The translations under genes and the position numbers were made by a program. This document shows, piece after piece, positions 57,289-64,000 of a stretch of DNA of 64,000 nt (positions within the stretch are counted from its first letter, which is position 1; each line of letters begins with the position of its first letter). The notes beneath the pieces are model-generated. The model did not search any database, was not told the origin of the DNA, and saw only the letters and a program-made list of their open reading frames with translations. Source of the DNA: a virus; the IMG/VR virus record IMGVR_UViG_3300037245_003639, one strand, 5' to 3'.

Positions 57289-57747
57289 TTACCGTACTAA
57301 AGCTCTGTTTTTGCGTAGACTCTTAAGCTTCTCTTGTCCCATTCTTTGCATTCGTTCCGCCCATCGTTGATTTCGTTTTTCCATCGCCAAGGAATATCTT
57401 TGCTCGGGAGTCATTCGGCGTTCTGCCTCCCTCTCTTGGCGTTTTCTTTCCGCTTTTAGGTTTGTTATCTTATATCGTTCACAATCGGTTTCCGGTGTCC
57501 ATCTCTCGAATTCCTCGTCAGACATTGCGTAACAGTCAATGCCCGCAGTATCCATTAAATCCATCTTGTCCAACACGTCGTTCATCTTGCGGTCCTCTTC
57601 TAACCGCTTCTCTTTATCAACTTCGTTATGCCCAGAGCCCTCGCATTGGAGGCAATTGGGATCTGCGGCGGCTTCCCACTGATCATTAGGAAGCTCTTCT
57701 TCGTTCTTGCGACAGGCAGGACATTGTTGGATTGTGATTACTGACAT
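57289..57747 (-). CDS. hypothetical zinc-binding/coiled-coil protein
   Basis: CPACRKNEEE...CLQCEGSG. Confidence 0.5.
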   Translation of the reverse strand: MSVITIQQCPACRKNEEELPNDQWEAAADPNCLQCEGSGHNEVDKEKRLEEDRKMNDVLDKMDLMDTAGIDCYAMSDEEFERWTPETDCERYKITNLKAERKRQEREAERRMTPEQRYSLAMEKRNQRWAERMQRMGQEKLKSLRKNRALVR

Positions 57748-58280
57748 GTAAACTTCTCCAGTTGGTTTCCCAAGTCTTTCACGGGATAATCGAATGACAG
57801 CCGAGTTCCATTTTCATTTCGGCATCCCTTACCGAGAACCAATGTGTAATCCCGTAAGCATCCCGGCAACGGAGGCCGGACTGAAGGATGCTGTGTTTCA
57901 TCCACAACCTCCAGAAATTCAAGGCACTCGAAGTCTTCTGGAGGGCTAAAGCAGTTCCTTCTATCAGTGATGCGGTCGATGGCATCCTGAATCGCTGAGT
58001 CCAAATCAGGATAGAACCCAAAAGACTTACCATCCCACATAACGATGATATTGCCAGGAACCAGGTGGTTGGGGTCAAATCCAAAATCACCCAGTTTTCG
58101 CATAAGATCTTCTAGCCAGGATTTGACTTTCTCTTTTACATCCCAACGTTCAGTATCAGGGAGATCCTTCCACTGCTCACAATCGATAAAAGAGAAGAAT
58201 TCGTCATCCCAGTTCTGGAAAGCTTCGAGCCGCTCTTCTGATGCGTGCTCTTTCCAATAAGATTCAAGCCATTTTCTCAT
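57738..58280 (-). CDS. hypothetical protein
   Basis: 180-aa ORF. Confidence 0.5.
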   Translation of the reverse strand: MRKWLESYWKEHASEERLEAFQNWDDEFFSFIDCEQWKDLPDTERWDVKEKVKSWLEDLMRKLGDFGFDPNHLVPGNIIVMWDGKSFGFYPDLDSAIQDAIDRITDRRNCFSPPEDFECLEFLEVVDETQHPSVRPPLPGCLRDYTLVLGKGCRNENGTRLSFDYPVKDLGNQLEKFTCQ

Positions 58281-58494
58281 TCACATACTCCGAGTACATT
58301 TTAAAGGCAAGCTCGTCCTTTAACATCCTCTTTATTGGAATTGACCAATCTAAATCACATTCCGAACAAACAAAACCTATACGATCATGTTCGGGGTCAT
58401 CAGACAAGAGTACATTATGCTTTATATCATGTTCTTTTAGTGCGTTGATAAATTGTCTGGGTGACCCATTGCTGAATCTTGCCATAATCATCAC
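58264..58494 (-). CDS. hypothetical small protein
   Basis: 76-aa ORF. Confidence 0.4.
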   Translation of the reverse strand: MMIMARFSNGSPRQFINALKEHDIKHNVLLSDDPEHDRIGFVCSECDLDWSIPIKRMLKDELAFKMYSEYVNEKMA

Positions 58495-58808
58495 CTGTTT
58501 TTACATGAATGTTCTTTACAGTAGCAATCGTCATCGCACGGACATACAACAGGCACCTCATTTGCATGTTCACAAAAAATAGAAGACGAACATTCAGGCT
58601 TATCAAAATCCTCGAAATCAATTGTTGGAGCCCTGCCTCGAAACGTGGCAACAGGGAACTTATCCGAACTCTCTAGCAAGACTCGGAGGTCTCCGTTGTC
58701 GTCAACCATGACTTGACCTATCTGTGTATCATCTGATAAACCTAACAAATCATATAACTCACGTCGTCTCACTTTTAGCACAATATGCCGTATTTTTCGA
58801 TGTTTCAT
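58491..58808 (-). CDS. hypothetical Cys-rich protein
   Basis: 105-aa ORF. Confidence 0.45.
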   Translation of the reverse strand: MKHRKIRHIVLKVRRRELYDLLGLSDDTQIGQVMVDDNGDLRVLLESSDKFPVATFRGRAPTIDFEDFDKPECSSSIFCEHANEVPVVCPCDDDCYCKEHSCKNR

Positions 58809-59374
58809 GTAATTCTCTCGATAATCCGATCTAACTCCCCGGAGAACTTAATTTCAGATTCAAATTCCTTAACCATGTTCCGTTTCTCAGCCTCAGACAA
58901 TGGATTCCTTGAACGACGAGAAAAGAGTCGCTTCTTCGCATCCTCTGCCATGAACGCCTGAGCGTCTTCTAGAGACTTGAACTTGCGTCCAGCAAACTTC
59001 TCAATGAACACCAGATTTTTCTTGGCTAATTCTTGAGGGTCCGATTGATGTGAGAAAGAACAAGCCCCTCCCGAATATGACGGAAGCTGACCTGATGATG
59101 TATTGACGAAATGGGGGTTAATCTCCCATTCACTCGTAATCTCTAAAGAACGATTATCCAAATCCTGGGAAGAAAGAGATTTGATATCATCAACAATGGG
59201 TTTCAAGGCCGACTTATACAATGCCTCTCGTTTGGCTTTGACTATCTTTCGATACCGTTCTTGTCGTTCAATGTTGAGTTTTTTCTCTTCTGCAAGCCAC
59301 AACTTTTTTCTGGCTTTCCTGACCTTTAGTTCCGATTCTGCTATCGTGGTTTTCATAATAAAACTCCTCGACAA
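58805..59374 (-). CDS. hypothetical protein
   Basis: 189-aa ORF. Confidence 0.5.
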   Translation of the reverse strand: MSRSFIMKTTIAESELKVRKARKKLWLAEEKKLNIERQERYRKIVKAKREALYKSALKPIVDDIKSLSSQDLDNRSLEITSEWEINPHFVNTSSGQLPSYSGGACSFSHQSDPQELAKKNLVFIEKFAGRKFKSLEDAQAFMAEDAKKRLFSRRSRNPLSEAEKRNMVKEFESEIKFSGELDRIIERIT

Positions 59375-59431
59375 TTATACACGTAAGAAGGGCGAGCTTT
59401 TGGGCTCGCCCTGGTCATCTTAGGTCAGTTT

Positions 59432-60565
59432 TTAATGTAACGGTCGTTCTTCTACTTTGCATCCTGCCGAGACTCTCATGAACGTTAGCGGAGCCAGATT
59501 ATCTTGAACTGTCAAAATTAATCGGTCAAAGTCTTCGCTCTTGAGAACAATCGGCTCTGTCAAATCCAGTGACATAGATACCCATGTAAACACACCATCA
59601 GATCCAGAACCCGAAATACGAGCCCCAGGAAGACTCATGATATCTATGAAATCTCTCAAGATTAAGCTAAAGACAACGCCATCTAATTGAATGCGCCTGT
59701 AATTCAGGCCCCTGGTCAAGGTGCCAAGACCCAAGAAGCCATCATATGGAATAGAAGGCATTGTTGCATCGGCCAAAGTCCCTTCGTATTCATCTACCAT
59801 AGTAAAATGTATAGTATGGACATGTAACCAGGTGCCCTTTGTCGGCTCAAGAACAAAGTCTTCTGGTTGGGCACTATCTCCTGGGGAAACTCCTGTTCCT
59901 GGCAGAGATATCAAATCCAGATAAAAATCAGGAGGTACACCTGTTCCAATATCGATAGTCGCAATACGAAAAGCATCTACAGAAGCGCCTGTCAAAGACA
60001 TATCAGCCAGTGGGATTGTGAATATTTGCCACATATTCAGGCTTCCTGTATCCACATAGTTGCCGATATCAACTGTGGCCCCAACTGCGCCGCCAACTGT
60101 ATCCCACCCCGTTATATTAACTGCTTTGGTGCCCTGTGTAGACCAGCTTGTAATATAGATTGCGCCTTCGACGGCTACATAACCAGATAAATCCAATGCC
60201 GATGCTCTGGCCAACTGCATAGTATCGTTATGAGTTGTGGAAGTTCCATCTATACTCGTAGTCCCACTGTAAACCTGAGCCGCGCTGGCGAAATCCCACC
60301 CCCCACCTACGATTATACTTGTGTCCCATTCCGTGGGAGTTCCCGCATCATCCTCGTAAATAAGTTCTTCTAATGATCCTGAGACCCCAACCACCACACC
60401 AATATTCATGTCAGCGCCGAAAGACGGGCTGACGAAAAAGCGAACTGAATTCTCATACTGTTTCAGAGGACGAGTAGCAACAACTAAAGCATTTATCTCA
60501 TCGCCATCTACGACGTTTGCTTTTCTACCCGTGGCAGGATCAGTTATTTGAGACTTAATAGACAT
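59432..60565 (-). CDS. putative tail fibre / receptor-binding protein (paralog 1)
   Basis: N-terminus ITDPATGRKANVVDGDEINALVV shares pattern with three downstream paralogs; Gly/Thr/Ser-rich. Confidence 0.45.
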   Translation of the reverse strand: MSIKSQITDPATGRKANVVDGDEINALVVATRPLKQYENSVRFFVSPSFGADMNIGVVVGVSGSLEELIYEDDAGTPTEWDTSIIVGGGWDFASAAQVYSGTTSIDGTSTTHNDTMQLARASALDLSGYVAVEGAIYITSWSTQGTKAVNITGWDTVGGAVGATVDIGNYVDTGSLNMWQIFTIPLADMSLTGASVDAFRIATIDIGTGVPPDFYLDLISLPGTGVSPGDSAQPEDFVLEPTKGTWLHVHTIHFTMVDEYEGTLADATMPSIPYDGFLGLGTLTRGLNYRRIQLDGVVFSLILRDFIDIMSLPGARISGSGSDGVFTWVSMSLDLTEPIVLKSEDFDRLILTVQDNLAPLTFMRVSAGCKVEERPLH

Positions 60566-60568
60566 CGA

Positions 60569-61132
60569 TTATCCCAGACTGACGTTATGATAATTGAAAT
60601 ACAATGTGCAAACTACCGTTGCCGTAGTGCTACTCCATACAGTAAGAGTTGAACCCTTCGGCATAATGAAGTCTTGTGGAAAGTTGATATGGGCAGTATT
60701 AGTTTGGCCTCGAAATACATATCGCTCTACTTCTGTGCCACCAGCCAATGTGGCTGCTCCACCATCCAGATCGGCCCCTTGCTCAAAAGTTCCTTCTGCT
60801 GTGCGTCCACTCCCAAAATTGCAATTAGCAGGTGTTAAATCTGTCGCAGTATTCCGTGCACCTGTATCACCGGATTGTATGTATATCTCTGCTGCTCCAG
60901 AGACCGAAATACTAATTCCTTCGCAGGTTATATCTTCTTCAGCGTCGTTGCTCATATAAAAAATGCAATCATCCCCTGCCGTGGCAACCTGCGACCAAAG
61001 AACATGATACGCTGCTCCATCATGGTGGTTAGTATGATGTTCTACTGAGCTGCTTATAGCAGTGACAGCCAACCGATTTTCAATATTAACCTGTGCCTTA
61101 GTTCCACTACCAGCTCCATCTTCTATTTGCAT
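60569..61132 (-). CDS. putative tail fibre-like protein (paralog 2)
   Basis: MQIEDGAGSGTKAQVNIENRLAV N-terminus. Confidence 0.45.
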   Translation of the reverse strand: MQIEDGAGSGTKAQVNIENRLAVTAISSSVEHHTNHHDGAAYHVLWSQVATAGDDCIFYMSNDAEEDITCEGISISVSGAAEIYIQSGDTGARNTATDLTPANCNFGSGRTAEGTFEQGADLDGGAATLAGGTEVERYVFRGQTNTAHINFPQDFIMPKGSTLTVWSSTTATVVCTLYFNYHNVSLG

Positions 61133-61142
61133 GACCTCTCCT

Positions 61143-61730
61143 TTACGTTATTTCTTTCATGAGAAATGATAGTCTTGTATATAACGTGCCACTGGAATGG
61201 TCTCCCACATACGCTAATTCCAGCGTCCGGTTGGGGGCAACGACAACTGATCCTTCTTTATTGAATAAGTTCATATCACCTTCAGCTTTAGTATAATACC
61301 TGTCAATCTCAAGAGCAGTTCCATCTAGAGTCGGGCCAGAATCGTAAGCAGTGACTTCCGCAATGTTTCCAGAACCTTGGTTTAAGTTAATTGGAGTGAC
61401 TGTTGACCCACCACTGACATATTTTCTACCAAGCGCTATTCTATAATAATTGCTGGCGTTAGGAAAACCAGTGCCTCCAGCTTGATCAAGAATTTGATGC
61501 CTGATATATGTTACGACTACACCGTGAGTGCTGCTGACGTTTGTGATATGCAAAACTACCACAATGCCAGATGTCAAAGTGACTGTTCCAATCACTTGAT
61601 ATGCTTGGCCGAGCCTCCAGCTTATGTCGTGCTGTACCGAATCGGAAACTGAATCAACTTGCAGCCGGTTGCTAGACGAAACTTTTGCTCTATATCCTTG
61701 TCCTGCTCCATCTAAAATCATATCAGGCAT
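61143..61730 (-). CDS. putative tail fibre-like protein (paralog 3)
   Basis: MPDMILDGAGQGYRAKVSSSNRLQV N-terminus. Confidence 0.45.
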   Translation of the reverse strand: MPDMILDGAGQGYRAKVSSSNRLQVDSVSDSVQHDISWRLGQAYQVIGTVTLTSGIVVVLHITNVSSTHGVVVTYIRHQILDQAGGTGFPNASNYYRIALGRKYVSGGSTVTPINLNQGSGNIAEVTAYDSGPTLDGTALEIDRYYTKAEGDMNLFNKEGSVVVAPNRTLELAYVGDHSSGTLYTRLSFLMKEIT

Positions 61731-61761
61731 AATAAATTCCCCTAACTATTTTGTGTCAAAA

Positions 61762-62319
61762 TCATAGTTGTTCGTGGTAATTAAACATGATTGTGCCATC
61801 TATTTCGATACTTCCAGTTGCTGCATGAAAACTGATAATTTGATTTTTAGGCAGAATGATATCTTGTTCAAAATTGATACTCTTGCTCTCATTTCCACCT
61901 GCTATGTAAAATCTATTTACCAGAACTTCATTTATAAGACCAGTGATATCATTTCCAGTCCTAAATGTACCTGAGGCTATATTTCCACTGCCGCTATAGA
62001 GGTTCGTGGGCGTAGCTCCACTATGTCCAGCTATAGTGTCCTCTTGTCCTTCCAAATATACGAGAATTTGCTCATTACTGGCAACTCTGATCCACATGCC
62101 TTCAAGTACTATCTCAATATTATTGCTATTTTTGATATAACAGAAACAATCATTTGCCCCCGTTGGTGTTTGTTGGAATACCAAATTAAAAGCTAGTTGC
62201 TCATTTTGGTTTGTATGATGTTCAAGAGTCTGCGTAACCGATTCCACCATCATCCGATTTTCAGCATTGACACCTACAAGATATCCTGTTCCTTTTCCAT
62301 CTCGTATCATATCTGCCAT
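61762..62319 (-). CDS. putative tail fibre-like protein (paralog 4)
   Basis: MADMIRDGKGTGYLVGVNAENRMMV N-terminus. Confidence 0.45.
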   Translation of the reverse strand: MADMIRDGKGTGYLVGVNAENRMMVESVTQTLEHHTNQNEQLAFNLVFQQTPTGANDCFCYIKNSNNIEIVLEGMWIRVASNEQILVYLEGQEDTIAGHSGATPTNLYSGSGNIASGTFRTGNDITGLINEVLVNRFYIAGGNESKSINFEQDIILPKNQIISFHAATGSIEIDGTIMFNYHEQL

Positions 62320-62501
62320 TATTCTAATTCCTCTTTAGTAATTTCGTCATCAGTCAATAACGCCAACTGAATGTTCATCATTTTTAACTCCTCCAAAATG
62401 CACCCAAGTAATTGTGCTATATCTTCATCAGATACAACAACTTGACGCTCATTACCCTCAGTCTTTTGGGGTGTTGAAAAGTAACTCATACTATCACCCA
62501 A
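62319..62501 (-). CDS. hypothetical small protein
   Basis: 60-aa ORF. Confidence 0.3.
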   Translation of the reverse strand: MGDSMSYFSTPQKTEGNERQVVVSDEDIAQLLGCILEELKMMNIQLALLTDDEITKEELE

Positions 62502-63133
62502 TTCAAACTTGTAGACACAATATCCATGCAGTCGTATTGATAATCGATTATTTGAGTCAGCTCTCCATCAATCGTTTCCAAGTTGTAAGCATCGACAATG
62601 ACCTCATTTCTGGTGCTGTCAATCTTTTTGATATCGAACTCTTTACCCGGATTGCTCACGGCTGAAGGAACCGAAATAGTTACATTTCTGCTCGAAGCGT
62701 CCACCAGAATCAAATCGTCTAGGCTTACGATAATGTAATCATTGATGACCGTGATTACATTCTTGTCAGGCCCCTCTTTGTCTTCAGGTTGAACATTTAC
62801 CCATTTTTCAGTCGAACCATCATATTGTAAAAGATCATCATCAGATAACCCGCTCAAATTCAAATCGAGAATATCTTCTTCCCAAGCGAGAGATGCTTTC
62901 CTCTGGTCCCTGGGGCGAGTCTGGCGTTTTGTTCTAAACAGAATGAGCCAGCCCAAACCAATTGCTGTCTGTAAATCTCGTGACTGGTTGAGGTTATCTT
63001 TGGTTGCCTGTTTCAATAAATTGACGGTTTCACCTTGAAGAATGGTGATATTCAGATCACCGATAGAAATCGGCCCTGAAGTGGTATTCCTTACTCTTGC
63101 GGTATCCAAATATGATTGATCGAGAAGAGGCAT
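62486..63133 (-). CDS. hypothetical protein
   Basis: 215-aa ORF. Confidence 0.5.
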   Translation of the reverse strand: MPLLDQSYLDTARVRNTTSGPISIGDLNITILQGETVNLLKQATKDNLNQSRDLQTAIGLGWLILFRTKRQTRPRDQRKASLAWEEDILDLNLSGLSDDDLLQYDGSTEKWVNVQPEDKEGPDKNVITVINDYIIVSLDDLILVDASSRNVTISVPSAVSNPGKEFDIKKIDSTRNEVIVDAYNLETIDGELTQIIDYQYDCMDIVSTSLNWVIV

Positions 63134-63330
63134 ATTCTATCCTTGCTACGGTAAAGTCTCAATTCCTTTGAAAATAGGTATGGTGCAGACTTGAAAATAC
63201 ACAAGAAAAGGGCGAGCCCAAAGGACTCGCCCTTTTCTAATGACAGGTACGTGGATTTATCTTTGAAAAAGCCCCATCAAAAGATGAGGCAAAGGTCTGA
63301 CGATTACCGGTATCCAAAACTTCCTTTTGT

Positions 63331-63828
63331 TTAGGGTTCGACCAGGTAGCAGGTACGGAGTGGTAGATAACGCAACAAAACCGTGTAAGGTACATCAGCG
63401 CCGATTTGAGTATCACAACTATAGGCGAATGTGACGCCATCGCAATCAAAATCGCATAAAGCTGGATTTCCTCCCGGGGGCGCGGTACTCGGAATGCATG
63501 AATATTCAAAGCAACAATCGAAAGTTATATTGCGTGCATCATGGCCTGCCAGCGACGGTTTGTAGTTTGGTTTATTATCACAAACTAAACCGGTGCCACC
63601 CGTGCATTCACATGCAATTTTAAATTTACTCTCCCCTTCACAATATGCGGACCAGCAGTGATTGCAATAACAATTAAAGATGATCTCCGGAGCACATGGA
63701 ACTACCGATGGATCATCCGGTTCCACACACCAAGTCTGAGGAAAAGGGTCGATGGGGTCATCCGCTTTGATGAGTGCAACTGCCAGCAGAACAACAGACA
63801 GTCCGATGAAAATCTTTCCAAATTTCAC
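63331..63828 (-). CDS. secreted Cys-rich protein
   Basis: signal peptide MKFGKIFIGLSVVLLAVALIKA; >20 Cys. Confidence 0.5.
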   Translation of the reverse strand: MKFGKIFIGLSVVLLAVALIKADDPIDPFPQTWCVEPDDPSVVPCAPEIIFNCYCNHCWSAYCEGESKFKIACECTGGTGLVCDNKPNYKPSLAGHDARNITFDCCFEYSCIPSTAPPGGNPALCDFDCDGVTFAYSCDTQIGADVPYTVLLRYLPLRTCYLVEP

Positions 63829-63843
63829 AACGAATCTCCTGAT

Positions 63844-64000
63844 CTAAGGTTCGTACAATTGACAAGCCGACAACGGAAAATCACGTCTCCAGATGGTTTT
63901 CGGCAAGCTGGCGCCTATTAGCGCAGTACAACTATTGGAAAACGAAGTGGCACCGCATTTCCAGTAACACAAATCTGGATTTTGTCCGGGAGGGGCGGTG
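63844..64000 (-). CDS. paralog of the Cys-rich secreted protein (3' end only; continues beyond window)
   Basis: C-terminus TAPPGQNPDLC...CQLYEP parallels TAPPGGNPALC...CYLVEP of 63331..63828. Confidence 0.4.
   Translation of the reverse strand, partial: TAPPGQNPDLCYWKCGATSFSNSCTALIGASLPKTIWRRDFPLSACQLYEP

Noticed and set aside
1-64000. CRISPR arrays, integrase/att sites, reverse transcriptase or DGR repeats
   Set aside because: No regularly spaced direct repeats, no tyrosine/serine recombinase motifs and no RT motifs seen on reading the ORF translations

Overview
The gene content looks like a large (jumbo-type) bacteriophage or phage-like element; this is an inference, since no capsid or terminase gene is recognisable by motif. 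Small genes are densely packed in long same-strand blocks with ATGA/GTGA start-stop overlaps. Host-like auxiliary genes are present: PhoH, Dam methylase, RNase HI, DnaJ, NDK-like, PurN-like, a CCA-adding enzyme, and a free-standing LAGLIDADG homing endonuclease. A tail-fibre-like paralog set lies on the minus strand at the window end. The most unusual content is a tRNA biology island on the plus strand. It holds at least ten tRNA genes, including four paralogous class-I tRNAs that all carry leucine-codon anticodons. It also holds a 3'-half/5'-half tRNA arrangement that looks circularly permuted, a 94-nt tRNA-like element, and a compact RNA (~40211-40457) with RNase P RNA P1 and P4 hallmarks behind a consensus sigma70 promoter. 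A CCA-adding nucleotidyltransferase lies ~8 kb upstream. Interleaved with the tRNAs is a glycan cluster: tandem GT-A glycosyltransferase, GT2, a NodB deacetylase and two sulfotransferases, one of them bracketed by duplicated tRNA-Tyr genes. GT8, DUF115 and BNR/sialidase-like genes lie further on. Several unrelated small proteins share conserved N-terminal peptides (MNWLQKI, MLRIKSAQ, MIIDITQMKKRP), consistent with a targeting or processing signal. Every call rests on motif reading of the sequence and six-frame ORFs, with no database search.
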